DNA of 64,000 bases from the NCBI GenBank assembly GCA_973851085.1, contig OZ316775.1, positions 4,712,001 to 4,776,000 on the forward strand. The letters run 5' to 3'. The notes under the pieces are model-generated. The model made no database searches. It saw only the letters and a list, made by a program, of their open reading frames with translations, and had not been told where the DNA came from. The stretch is from Ptychomitrium polyphyllum. Lineage: Eukaryota. The position numbers and the translations under genes are program-made. Shown here in pieces: positions 1 through 13,380 of the stretch. Each line of letters opens with the position of its first letter. Positions within the stretch are counted from its first letter, which is position 1.

Positions 1-94
1 ATTTTTTTCTCGACCGTAAAATCAATTTCATATGGTTAGTTTAAAACTTAAGATAATTACAAGAGTGGATATAAATCACCAAGTTTGTCTGTAC

Positions 95-1978
95 CGGATT
101 ATTTTGAATAGCTCCTCCATCGATCATTGTCCCCTGAAATTTGCCATCAACAGAAGTCACGAATGCAGGTGGAAAGAAAGTAGGTGCTGCAGCCGTTGCG
201 CGACACGCTTCCCATAAACTGAAATTCCAGACAAATATTTAAACATAAAGTTAATATCCAAAACGCTGGCTCCAGGCTAAAGAAAACGATCTTCCAAACT
301 CAGGCATGAACAGGGGAGCAGATGATAAATGATATCAGTCCAATCTATTACCAGTGTACAAATAATGATTCAAATAATTAGAAAGCACAAAATGAGTCAC
401 ATCTCAGATTAAGGTAAAAATTAAATGCATTTGACAGTAGGAACACCAATCACCCGTGGAACAACTCCTCACATACCTGAAATTGCGGCTGGGATCATTT
501 TGTGCAGCCTGGCGCACAAAAAAAAACGGAGTAGCTTGGGAAATGTCGAAGGAGGTAATAAGAAGCGGTTTCAAAGTATCGAGCAACGTGAGCACCTTTC
601 CATCTTTCCGGATTGTGTACTCCTTGAGCAGATTCTCAAACCGTCTTGGCGAATACTTGGGTCTATACAACTGTCGCACCGACCCGTGAAAAGGATCATA
701 CCAGCGTGGGCGAAATATGTAACTCCCATTGTTTGCGTAAAAATCACAACATCCCTTTGCTGTAAACAAAGGTCGTCCTTTGTCATCTGGTACAACCAGC
801 ATAGTGGCCAGAATTGCTCCAGTGCTGCTGCCCGTAAAGAGATCAAAGTAGTCACTCAAATGCACTGCACTAGTTTCATCCCCTAGTTTCTCCTGTAATG
901 CACACAATATACTTTACACTCAGATCCTGGCACCATGCTAACCCATCACCAATCCTCGAAGTTAAAAATTTAAAAGTTTATCTACATCTAATCAACACAT
1001 AGACATGAATACCTTTATTAGATTCTCTAGCCGAGTTAATATACGTGCTGCAATGAGTCCTCGTATGCCGCCTCCATCCATACTCAGTATACACAATTTT
1101 CGTTTAGTGGGTGGACCACCCTCCCCAACTGGCAGATCTAAAAGGTCACTATCCCAGCCTTGTAGCCCCGACTTCCCACCTCCGATGGGCCCTCGTTGTA
1201 TTGGGGCTCCAGCATCCGCTTCCAAGGTTTTCGATGGAAAAGTCTCCAAAAAGGACCGGATGCCCACCATGCTGGCGCTAGACATCCGAGCAAGTCCTCC
1301 GTCGCCTTTAAGCGGCTCTACATTTTTCTTGAAAATGCCAGAGTCCTTGAACTCTTTGTTTTCTTCGATGGAAGCCGCATGGTACAATCGCCGAGGAGGA
1401 GGTCCACTCTCTCTCCTCATCTGTTGATGCCCAGGTTTCAAAGGCGGAATCCCAGTTCCAGACCCTGCAATATTCCATCATTACAAACAGAGAACCATCA
1501 ATTACTCATGCCATGTCTTCGCTATGCCTGCTGCCATTTTTCTCCTCGCTACCAGGGTTGGCACGTTGGTAACCTAAGTACGAGCGTCCACTTCAGAATA
1601 GAAACACTATAGGTGCTATTCAGTAGCAATGCCAGGAATAAAATCCGTTGACAGTTGAAGTGACCTAATCGGAAGTAGAACCAGATATTGCCTAAACCCC
1701 CTGCAGCCCTATTCATTCCTGAATCTTGGCCCCATGTTGAGAATTCAAAGTTTGTCTCCAGCACCAAAGTGTGGAAAGGCTGCCTGGATTCTACAAAGAC
1801 GTCCCTAAAAAATTTGTGGCGCATTTGCGCGAGCATTTTGGTAATGCGCCACAACAGTGAAAGAAATCAACAAGGAGGATTGTAACTTACCGACTTTTGT
1901 TTCCTTTGGCTTCGGTAGCGGAGTTGTTGGGACAGAGCCTGACATCGCTTGCTGTTCCCCATCTCCACGTTCCTCCAT
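95..1978 (-). CDS. Patatin-like phospholipase / lipid acyl hydrolase (3' part continues off the window)
   Basis: Phase-consistent GT-AG exons 1978-1891, 1464-1013, 892-477, 218-95. Motifs: LSMDGGGIRG (oxyanion hole), GSSTG (GxSxG nucleophile), LWEACRATAAAPTFF and MIDGGAIQNNP (catalytic Asp). Exon 1 is inferred from phase and splice sites only. Confidence 0.92.
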
Positions 1979-4900
1979 ATCCAATTCTTCACTTACCTCT
2001 ACCACAAAACCTCGCCCAAGACTCTATGCCAAGACTTCAAAGGCTCACCCAACAGACCCTTGGAAACACAACAACTGCGATAACGCTACATCTCTTCTAA
2101 GTAAAATCTTAAATCCCACTACTACAACGCACAGATCCCTGACAAAAAAATACCGCTCCAACATAAAACGATCACAACATACCTACCACAGATTCTCCGA
2201 TGTCCCCAGCTCAAGCTCTCAGGGGCCACCTCACAAAACTTGGAAGAAAAATCTTCCAGAATGTCTCAGACATTTCCTACAACTCTCTCTTGTCCAAGCT
2301 CACATTACGCCAAGCTAAGACGCCGGATTGGAGTCTCGTTTCGCACATAAGCTCTTCACCATTAAAAAAAAGAACCTTCCATTTCCAAGCAGACCGAGAC
2401 TATGCACTCTTGGAAACCGGCACAGCAACCACTGTACTGAAGTGCACACTTCAGTGGGACCCCCCTTCCTCAAAAAAAAACCATCAGCAAAATGCATGAA
2501 AACCTGACTGCCACATATGAGAGGAAAGAGAGCTGGTGACCCACATTGAAATGGCTCCTCAACGATTCATTCTCCCTCCATCCTAGCATACAAGTGCGAA
2601 TTATCCCATCTGTAGCCATCTGTAAAGCACCCATCAAGCCACTCTAATGTAAGAAAAGCTTCAGCATCTGTGGACAGCCGCAAAAAGGCAAACTGCGACC
2701 TTGGCATAAGCAAGCTCGACGTAATGCTCTGACGTCTGCCTTTTATCTAGGCATGTAAGATCCTGGCCGTTATGGAAAGTTCTCGGACGGTGGAGATAGG
2801 AGGAGGGCGACAAGGAGCTCTTTTCGCTTAGGGCAGCTATGGGGGTGCCGCGTGGGGACCTTCAATGCTTGCCAAGTTGATTTTCGTTGGGGCTCGTCGA
2901 GGCACAACTGGTTTTAAAAAGATGTGATAACTACATTTAGAAAATTCCAGGGAAGCTTTGGATACCCGGTGAGCATAGAGCTTACAAGTGTACAGGTACA
3001 TTACGTTAGTAAACACCGCATCTCGACGGAGTGTGTTGTGAGCTATAGGTGCTTCATAAGCATCTCTGAATCTGGAGGTATGATGAGCTTTAGAAGACTC
3101 AAGGATAATTGCAAAGCTTCTTTTAATAGGAACACGGCGCCTATGAGACGAACTTAGGGCAAAGGTTGTTAACTGGTAATAGAGTTGCTTTTAGATTGGG
3201 TGTGAAGTGTGAGGTGAGCATGTCTAATTATATGAAGGAGATTGTAATAGAAGGTTCTGTGGTGTGGAGGTGAAAAATACCTCTGCTTTGCCCTCCTGTT
3301 CTAAAGTATCCATCATACTGGAGTTCTGCAGCATATTTGACACAGGCAAGTACAAGAGAGACATTGTAGCTCGTGGAACACACAACAGTAACTCAAGGTT
3401 GCACTTAGTGTTGTATTTGTATATTCTTGAGACACGTACTGTTTCCACCGACATGGAAAATAGTGTAACATGTTGCAGAATTTGCTTAGGCAGGCGGCGT
3501 TCACGCTAGTAGCACCAAATTTCATATTAGTTTGGCACCGATGAATGTCTAGTCTGTTCAGAGTATTGGTGAAACTAAACAATACACCAATCGAGAACCT
3601 AGATTTCAATTGAAGGAGAAGGGAAACAACCAAAGCAGCTTGACTTTCGTACCAGTGAATTACTACAAGTATGAATGAAGTACTCCCCACCTTATCTGCC
3701 AACATCGCTATGCAATGAATCAAGCACAGGCGCGTGCTCACATGCGAATTCTGAAAACTGGGCACATTATTATGTGGAGCGTCGATGGAGTGTACAAGTA
3801 ATCATAAGCTAGGTCCTTGCCTTCTGTGCACTCACAAAAATCACCTGCAAGTTCTGGTGACGAATACCTATCTACTCATTGCGGAATGTGGGTCGAAATT
3901 ACTGTAAGTACAGTTTGCTCCGGTGCTATGATGCTATCATCTATGTGTCCTGCTCTGGTTGATGGCGGATTCTTTGAGTGTAGCGCAGTACGTAGTGTCA
4001 ATACTTGTACTATTTTGAACCATGGATGGACTACAAGGTGAGGATAGAGGGGTGGCTTTGATGTAACTGAGAGGAGGTAATAGCTTGCAGATTTCTCGAG
4101 CAGGAAAATAACAAACTTGGAGAGAGTAATTCATAGCAATGTCAGAATCGGAGGAGATTTGGTTGTTTCATGGCAACTTGGTGTAAGGTTAATGGGAATT
4201 GAAGTTTACTTGGTAAGGTAAGCAGGCCCATATCCATCATGCTGATTATAGAGCCTATTTGTAGGTTTTGTAAATAATTTCTTTCAACGTTTTTTTGAAG
4301 CTAAAGTTTGGAGTCCATGTAAGTTGAATCACCTCAGGAGTTCATATGATTCCATTTTCAAACCCATGAGCACCACTCTCTTATCCATTTCCCACCTCAT
4401 TTTGTCTTTGATGATTAATGAACATGTGCTTGATGGTTGTGGGAAGAATGTGATACTGGGCCTGCTGACCTTAAGTGGAGAAGTGAGGACACGTGACCTG
4501 TTCCTGCGTGCTATGATCTCCTGGCAACGCGCTTGTCTATTGAACATGTTAAGTAACGCCAACTGATTCAGGTGTTAGAGAGACGGTTTTAAACTTTGAG
4601 CTATAATCTGACACCCTCTACAAAGGGACGAAGTAATTTTGAACTTGTACCAGTCGCGAGAAAAATGAAGTGTGAAGGAAGAATCTTGACTTCAAAAATG
4701 ATCACAGGTTCAAGAGCTATACACGATTTGGAGAATTGCAGGACTTTTGTAGCAGGCTCTGTTGTCACTTTGGCGTTTGTGCTACAGTTGACATTCTCGC
4801 CATGGCCCAAGGAAAAACGAGCTTCTGTCATAATCCTTTTAGACATCTCAAACAATAAACTTCCACTCTAGGATACCATCATAAGACGGCTACAAAAACG

Positions 4901-5798
4901 ATATATGCTGTAGAATGTTGGAGAAACTAAAATGTTATGCGGATGAGGCAATTTACTTTCGCAAACAACGAAAGCCTGGCAAAGCTCCATACTAAGTAAA
5001 CAATGACCACAAACAAAAGTCCAAAGATCCATCAGACATTCACAGAATCCTGAACACTAGCACCGAGAAAGTACTAAGTTCGCTTCGTATACCTAGGCAA
5101 AGACGAAAACGAATACATGTTAACAGAGTTCGAGGCATGCAGAACATAACTCACTGCCCAACCCTATATAGCAGGTGAACAAATAATCATTTTTTCCACT
5201 TTGACAGACTTCTCGAGTGTTTGCCAGCCGGCCCTAGAAGATGATGACAGCTTCCGTGCTTAAGATCATAACATTACCGTGCAAAATTATAAACTCTTCT
5301 GAAGAACTCAAGAGATCATGCAAGTGTGGATGGACGAAATTTCATTTTAAGAGAAAAAAGTTATAGAAGCAGTCAAGCAGTCGTCTAGGAAGTTTAGAGA
5401 TTGACATAACAGCGTTGTATACAGACTCATATTTCGACCAATTAAAACTGTTTTATGTAATATGATTCAAGACTGCTACATTGTTGACGACAACCCTAAC
5501 TGACACAGTCGAGGTGTCATACAACTACCAATCTTCTTGTTTCACTAAAATTCGAAAATTACAAAAAAACAATGTGACCACATAAATGTAATAAGCCTAT
5601 GAATCAGACAAAACGCTGTCCCATAAAAAAACGATATGGACTGTATATACTAAAACCAGACCTTCTCCTCGCGTTGCAACGGCTGCCATGGGAGCTTTTC
5701 ACTTAAGGCTTTCAGCAGCACAGATGTCAAGGAGGCTCACAAATCTGCTCTATGCAATAAATCAAAACCAATGTTCTCATGCACGGTGCGGTAACTGG

Positions 5799-7139
5799 TT
5801 AAACCTGACCTGCACACTTTTGAGTGACAGGGTTGTATATCCACGGCACAAGAAACTCACGACCATTGACACCATAGACGTTGAAGCTAACTCCAGTCTT
5901 GGCGTTCGTTAGGAGCTGGCCGGCATAGCCAGGGTAAGCACCGGCTCCATAGATGCCTCCGCATGCGCCAGCGGCTTCCAAAGGATCAGTTGCCTCGCCC
6001 TGGAAGTAGGCCGTCGCATAAGGATTGGTTGCTGCACCCACAAGCAAGCTGGCCATGTTGATTATCATCCCATCAATTCCTACATCACCGCTGGGAGCCT
6101 TGAGGGGCGGCACATCAGGTCCCGTTCCCTTGAGGGGCTTGGCATAAGGCCACGCGCAGTACCCTGCACACAGAGTCTCAGCATTGCCGATCCAGGCGTA
6201 AGGAAGAACATGGGTCTGCGTCGCCGCCGAGGGAAATGTGTAGAGGTGAGTGCCACACTGGGAGCTACAAAAGCCTTGCACATTCACATCCGACGCGGTT
6301 AAGACGACATACACTCCGGCGGGGTCTAGCGCCACGCCCTTGCTCAAGGACGAGGTAACCAGCTTCTCCACATCGGCTTGCTTCAGAGCTTTCCCGAGGC
6401 TGTACTTGGTATCCTCGTACACGCTGCCACGAAGAACAGTCTGGGCAACGGGTGCCTTCGTTCCATCCGTGAAACCCTTGGTGATGGCCCACCACCCCGA
6501 GACAGTGGGCGTTCCTGCTGCAGCCTTCGGAGCGGAGAACGAAGCCAGAAAGTCGTTGATGGTTGCCTTTTGAGAAGGGCTGAAGGCGCCGTAGTATAAG
6601 ACGTGAACCTTAAGTACTCCACCCTTCCCCGCCAGTATGGGGCCGTTGTGGTATGGCACTGTGATAGTGGGGCCACTGACGAGGAACTTGGAGCCACCGA
6701 GAAATGACTTCTTCACGAAGTGATGATAAGGACGCGCTCTTGCAGCATTTGCCCACTTGCTCTGAAACGGATCGGCAACACTAACAGAGTTCTTGCCCAC
6801 ATTGCCTGTTGCAAGATAGGCAGGACCTACATTCCGCTCCCATGGCAGCACCACCACTGCTAAGAATAACAGAGCTGATAAGACGCCGATGATGATGTTG
6901 CGGTTGCGAATAGCATCACCATGTCCACCAGCCTTGGTCTGCCCGTCCTTCAGCAACGAAGGAAGGGCTCGCAGCTTCTCCGGTGGAGGGCTGCCTTTAA
7001 GCAGGGAGGTGTTCCGTTGCAGCACAGGCACGTTAACAGCGGTGGACTCCTTCACTGAGGAAGCAGACCTCTGGAAGGCCGCCATGGGCGAGTCCCGATC
7101 TGATCGCATACTGGCGCTTTTTTCCAACTGCGCTGCCAT
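5799..7139 (-). CDS. EXORDIUM / phosphate-induced protein 1 (Phi-1) family protein with N-terminal extension and a hydrophobic segment
   Basis: Intronless 446 aa ORF with family motifs YHNGPIL, PTVSGWW, YSLGKAL, FCSSQCGTH, YAWIGN, CAGYCAWPY, DVGIDGM, ATNP, PLEAAGACGGIYGAGAYPGY. Confidence 0.93.
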   Translation of the reverse strand: MAAQLEKSASMRSDRDSPMAAFQRSASSVKESTAVNVPVLQRNTSLLKGSPPPEKLRALPSLLKDGQTKAGGHGDAIRNRNIIIGVLSALLFLAVVVLPWERNVGPAYLATGNVGKNSVSVADPFQSKWANAARARPYHHFVKKSFLGGSKFLVSGPTITVPYHNGPILAGKGGVLKVHVLYYGAFSPSQKATINDFLASFSAPKAAAGTPTVSGWWAITKGFTDGTKAPVAQTVLRGSVYEDTKYSLGKALKQADVEKLVTSSLSKGVALDPAGVYVVLTASDVNVQGFCSSQCGTHLYTFPSAATQTHVLPYAWIGNAETLCAGYCAWPYAKPLKGTGPDVPPLKAPSGDVGIDGMIINMASLLVGAATNPYATAYFQGEATDPLEAAGACGGIYGAGAYPGYAGQLLTNAKTGVSFNVYGVNGREFLVPWIYNPVTQKCAGQV

Positions 7140-10100
7140 ACAAGGAGCAGCAGCAAAGCCTCAGAAGGAATTACTCAAGTACTACCAGATTACTCGTGAA
7201 GACAACTAAACCAATGTCGAGGCCTATCTAAGATTAAGCTGCAAACCTTGACTCAGCAGTGTAAGCAGCACCAGCAGCACCAGCAGCTCCCGAGGACGAG
7301 AAGAGATACTTCAAGTACTTCTATCAGATATTCACAGCCCTGCAACACCTGCAGGTAGTCATATAATGTTTCGGTGAGGCCTGACAGACGCGTCTTATAG
7401 TGTTCAGAAATAGCTGTGTTGAGGAGCTGGTGAAAAAGGCAACGAAACAGAGGAGTCTTACTGGGTGACAAAAACTAGCTTCTTATGCCGTGTGGTGACC
7501 TGCCGAGCATGAACTGGCGAGATCGACACGGATAAACTGTACTTGCGGTTGTTCAGGGTTGAGCTGGCTGGCTCTAAAATCTAACTTATGGACTGATACA
7601 ATATATCATCTCATGGCCGGCAGCTTGCGAACTTGAAACAACGACTGAGACAGGACAGAAGAACCTAAGCTGGCATTACAGCAAGTGACCTGTAAGTAAG
7701 ATCAAGCTGGCTTGAGTGGCTCCATTAGGGGCTTATAATTACGTACAAGCTACCGTATGTAGCATGAGCAATGTACCGATTCTTTGCAGTTTGAATCGGC
7801 AACTACCTTCTTAACTCTGCAGAAGATCGGACATCGGAGTCGATCGACTAGTGCAGGCTGTGGGTTGGTGAGTGTCGCACTGTCAATGAGTGTACAAAGC
7901 GCGTGATTGAAGAGCGGTCGGCCCACAGGAGTGAGGGCTATATCAATGCTGCAGATACAGAACCTGACATGCTGAGCTCTGCGACGATCCTCATCGTCCC
8001 CATCTTCTCCACACATGGGTGTGCTTTGTCTGTTCTTCCCATGTTCCCAGGTTCCTTTCTGACACCTTCTCCACATCCATTGCTTTCTCGCAGTACATTC
8101 ATCATCGCTCACTCACAGCAGCGGCTTCAGATATGACACGGGTTCTTTTGAAACATGAAGACATAATAATTCGAAGTAACGTGTGATATAATTGTTGAAA
8201 TCGAGTGTAGATCATTATGTGTTACTAGTTGGGAGAATATGAAAATCACCTTAAAAAAAATTAGTGCAAGGTAAGTCAGTAATTGCACAATTAATTAGCA
8301 CAAACTCTCATCAAGAGGGTTACAAAATGTGATTTCTGTACGTAAAACCCATATTGTCAAAACAGACCCGCTAGTTGCCTCTCAATTGATGCCCTCGTAC
8401 TGGGTTTGCACCAATCTTCCTTCAGAAACAAGACATCCCTTGATTTTGCTTCGTCGTTACAAAACAGAAGCAAACGTGCACTAAGAACACTCTGCTTTAT
8501 TGCGTGATTGAACATCTCATGATTCTGTACTGGAGTTCGAGAAAATGTGGATGTAGATTTTTACACTAGTGTGTGAAGTACCGTATTGAACCTACTTACC
8601 GATCAAGGTCAATGAGCTGAAATCATTCAACATTGTACAGAAGAAGACTGGTCCCGATTATGATTCTTCTGCCATGCGTTTTGTTGTCTATTACGGAGCC
8701 CGGTCATGGGCCGTGAGTGACCGGGAGGAACAAGTTTTGTTGCGGGTGGGGAAGGAGGGAGACGAGGTGGAGGAGTTACTCCTCACTGGTGGCATCCAAA
8801 AACCATGCACCTGCCAAGGCGGCCCCCCCTAAATTAAGCACGTTATCACTCTTGCGGCCCATACCCAATCTTCCTTCTTGCACCCTCGTTGTGTTGAGTG
8901 TACCTGCTCGTCAGCGTCCATGGTAGCTATCAATTAAAGTATACATGAAATCCGGTATAAGTTACATCACTGACAATTGAAGGCATCGATGATGGATTCT
9001 CAAAGACAAAGACAAAGGGGATGCGATTCAAAGCTCAGCAACAGTTATCAACCAAGAGGGCAAACGTTGCATGTAGGCTCATTCTCCCTGCTGGACCACC
9101 AAAACTCGCAGGAAGTATGGATGACTTAGCCATTGCCAGGTCAAGAACAACTAATACACACAAGCACATTCATTAACACCTTCACTGACTCCTCCGCTGT
9201 AAACTTCATCTGTGAGAGTGTTTGTTATCAGCTAAAGAATCAGTTGCCAAGGTTGCCAAAGAATTAGTAAGATGTCTGATATGTACAACAGGAAGGTTGG
9301 AGACATTCTAAAACGTTTCAAGGGCATGTAAATGAAGGTACAAGAAACAAAGTCTTAGAGGACATACAACAATTCAATATGAGTGATGGAAGGGTGTGGT
9401 AAGTACCTGGTCGCTCCGGGGTTTCACAGATGGACTTAAGAAGTTTCACAGGGTTCATAAGACACCACAATATTAGAATGTACATTATCCCGGTCACTCT
9501 CAGACCTAGCAATATTAGATTACCTCAATGAAGGTTGAATAACGCAAAACTACTAGCTGCAACAAGACTGCCAACCCAGTGGTGAACAAACCGTTTCTCA
9601 GAATTCAATACATTCTCACATTCAGTCCTTGACTCAATACTGTACATGATGCATTCATCTTCGATGCAAGAATGGATTTCATATAAATCACAAATCGATT
9701 GCAGCAAAGGCTCAGCAAGGATCAGCATGTCTTGCCCTCTCAACTCTAGAAATACTTTCCTGAATCAGGCAAACACAAAGTAGACGCAAACATGTAAAAG
9801 GCATGCCCTGGCAAAAGTAACTTTCATCCAAGTGCTGCCGAGTAGTGAAAACACAAAAGCACCCTAAGCCTTGAGCCAAGGTGTAAACATGAGATAAATC
9901 CTAAAGTGAGCACTATCTAAAGTCCAGCTTGCTTCTGTAAAGAAGTAACTCAGGTCAACCATGAGATAAATGGACCCAAGGGATGCATACTTACAACCGT
10001 TCCTATGCTCAAAACAGGTATTATCTACTGTGTTTTTACGTTTCACTTCGACATCTATATACTGCGTACATGGTGTCGGTTTCACATACAATCCAGGTAA

Positions 10101-11532
10101 ATAAATTCGACATTCACTTCTTAAATTGTAGTCATGACGAAGTGATATGTACAATGCTCATAGATTCTCTTGGTTTTGCTAACAGTGACGGTTTTGGGTA
10201 TGCATCTCTCAAGTGCAATGCAGATAAGGCGGAGCTTGTTGTATTGTGCAGAGATCTGAGGTAGGACCACCAAGAAGTGCTCAGGATCCAAAATCATTTG
10301 CCATGCATCTTGGGGACGTGCTATCACGTGATCGGTGAGCTGTGAAATGTGAGCAGTGAATCTAGAGTTTATGAGAAAGTGGTGCCCATGACAATGGAAT
10401 TAAGAAGTAAAAGATTTATAAAATGAAACAAATTTGAATAACATGTACAAAATAAACATACAAATGAAATAGTTAAACATTCCATTACCATGGAAGATAC
10501 TTATATTCATGGAAACTAAATCTTATAATCACAATTAATTTATATCATTTAATGACGTCAATGTTAAATTTGACTCAACAATGAATGTTTGTAGAGATAG
10601 AAAGAATACTATTAAAAATATCAAGTCTCCTTAGTTAATAGAGAACACATAATATTACAACTTCTTATTTTTGTTCAACTTTGTAATAATGGGCTCTACT
10701 CTAAAATATTGTGGAATCTTAAAGAAATTTTCCTGCTTAGTCTATGTTTGCAGCTTTCAATCTTCTTAGCACTTAGATTCTTAGCACTTAGATTCTTTGC
10801 TTACTTGGCATCATTAGCCAAATTCTTCTAAAATTTGCAGTATGCTTTTAAATAGGCCTTACCTCCAATAGAGTTTCCACGTCGAATAATGAACTTTTAT
10901 GTAAAGCCAAGCACTTCTATTGCTAGCAATTTTTGTAGAATTTAGATTTTTATAGTTTTTTATTGTAGAATTAATGTCAATAAAACTATGTGCATCATGT
11001 GATGCTCTGATTGTTTTGACATTGTTTATAACAATTCTAATCAAAAATAATATTTGTACTAAAACTATTAAAGTTGATTCTTTAATTGAGATCTAAAGTA
11101 AGGGTAGGAAGTGTATTGGTATATATTGTTAAAAGACAAAGCTTATATACATTCAAGTATGAAAAACCAAGAAAAGATTTGGACTTTAGAGACATTTGAA
11201 CAAAGATTAAAAAAAAGGTCTATGATGCCTAAATGCAAGTATTTTGGTTTTTGTATATCCAAAAGATTTTCTTAACTCAATTGAACTTAAAATCTAGGCC
11301 AAAGTTATGAAAATTAGTGGAATGATGAAACCTTATAGAAATTCAATTATTTCACATTAATGGATTGCAACTAATTGCAGCATCTATATTCATTTTATAC
11401 AGATGAATGTAATAGTAGAAAACCTAATCCTGCTCATTTTAAGTTTGAGGAACTTAAAACTTGTCTCTATGGTCATGTCTAAGATAATGAATTACTGAAC
11501 TTAAACAAATTGTCTTAATAACCAGCTAACTT

Positions 11533-13380
11533 TGTCACGGATATAGATCATCCAACATAGTCTTTAAAATCTCCAAGGCCTTTTGATACATTATAATAGC
11601 TTCTTAGAATACTTTAAATGTTGCCACAACCATTCCAATTTTTTGAAAATTTCTTAAAAAAGTTCCACTTTTTTGAAAAACTTTTTAAGAAGGTTCTACC
11701 TCCTTGGAGAGTTTTTTAAGAAAGTTCCATAGGTTTCTAGTACATTTTTAAGCTTCAATATAAGCTTCTAAAGAAATATTCTAAGGAAATACAAAAGTTA
11801 TAGTATAAATAGGATGCAAATTAAGATATACTTTAGTCTTTCCAACACAATTTGTAAATCATATTGTATTGTGCCTTTGTTTTAATCTTAGTATTAATTC
11901 TTATTAATCATAAGCTCTTTGGAAGCTAATTCTTATGAAAACATTTTGTGTTTGTTTCTTGTCTTTTTTGTTTTTAATAGTTTGGCAAGGCTACTCTTCA
12001 TCTTTATTAAAGCTAAAGTTTCTTTGAAGAAAATTGTGGATTATTCAACTTCTTTAGAATTCCATTGTATCTTGGCGATTGCGGATTACTATCTTCTAAG
12101 CTAACACCATAAGTTGAATACTCCTTCTAAAAGCAAGTGCTATTTTTTTTTTAAATGATTAATCTTTCAAAGAATGCAGATTATCTTATTTTGAAGTTAT
12201 TGATAGTCTTTTTATCTTTAATAGTCTTAAGTATGTAATTTCTCTTCTTAAAAATATCCTTGGTCCATAAAAGTTGCAAATTATCCTCTTTTAAGCTAGT
12301 TTTTAGTTTTATTTTCATCATTTACAAAAATTATTGGTTTGAATATGAATTATGTGCCAAAAAAAAAATGAAAACATATTTGCAACTATTGTAGACTCTC
12401 AAGAGCTATTAAACAAAGCTCAAACAATGCTTACTTGCTTTATTATTACTAATAATTTAGAACAATACACTTATTAGGCTAGAAAATCCAAAGATGATAT
12501 TTAAATTGTATATCAAAAAGTTGTTTGATTGTGAAATGCCAATATTAGAAGAGAAGTCTTATGTAAAAACCATATAGAGTCAAAAATTAGTATGTTAAAT
12601 ATGTTTACCGGATCAAGATCAAAGGTTGAAAGGCTTTGTTCAACAAGTAAGGCCTATTCTCAGTTTGCATGGATCTTGCTGTCTTGCCAATATTATTTGA
12701 GTAGGATTTGTTACCATTCTTCTACTAAACAATACACTATTGTGGTTTGTACCATTGATAGAAAAGAAGTCACCATTGATATAGACAAAGTCACCATTGT
12801 TGAACAATTTTGACGCTTTCATAGAAGTGTTAACATTTATATTTAAAACAACCGTTTGAAATAGGATGGTTGAAATAAGAATCCACATTTTATAATAAAG
12901 ATAGCACTTAGCTATTATATATATTGTAAAGTTTTAACAACTAATTTGCAAACTTGATTGGAATAATTAGGCTTTGATTATTCCATTCTGATGGAGCTTG
13001 AGAGAAAAGTTCAATACTTATAAAAGAAATTCAGACTTGGAAAATTAATTTTATATACGAAGCATTAAAATTTGCCTTCAATATCATTCATTATCAAACA
13101 AATCCTTTTTTTTTGGACCTATATTGGTTTGAAATACATAATCCAGACATTGATCAATTCTTAATGACAGTAGTTTTAAAGAAAAGATGTCAAGGTACAA
13201 GAAATTCTTGACCATTAATTATTAAAGCTAAGATATTTTTGAAACAGCCAAAGAATTAATTGTTTGTGCCACATGAGCTACGCCAAAAACTAGCTCTATA
13301 AAAAAGAATAATAAAAGCATATTCCATCAATATTTATATTATAAGATCATCTTTAGAAAAAATAATGCAAACATATCTAA
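11533..13380 (+). mobile_element. Heavily decayed Tf1/Tcn1-type Gypsy remnant: LTR 11533-11979, PBS, gag/protease fragments
   Basis: Starts TGTCACGGATATAGATCAT like the LTR at 29275; same subrepeats and TATA; followed by TTGGCAAGGCTA (11982-11993); gag-like DNA at ~12610-12860 and protease-like TGGTTTGAAATACATAATCCAGACATTGA near 13125. Confidence 0.8.

Noticed and set aside
2900..5700. Short ORFs between the patatin and EXORDIUM genes
   Set aside because: No motifs or consistent exon chain; likely promoter/UTR/intergenic.
7250..10400. Short ORFs and CAG-rich run upstream of the EXORDIUM gene
   Set aside because: No recognisable product; consistent with regulatory or intergenic DNA.
10763..10800. 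15 bp tandem duplication TTCTTAGCACTTAGA (similar small duplications near 12770 and 14150)
   Set aside because: Ordinary slippage duplications.
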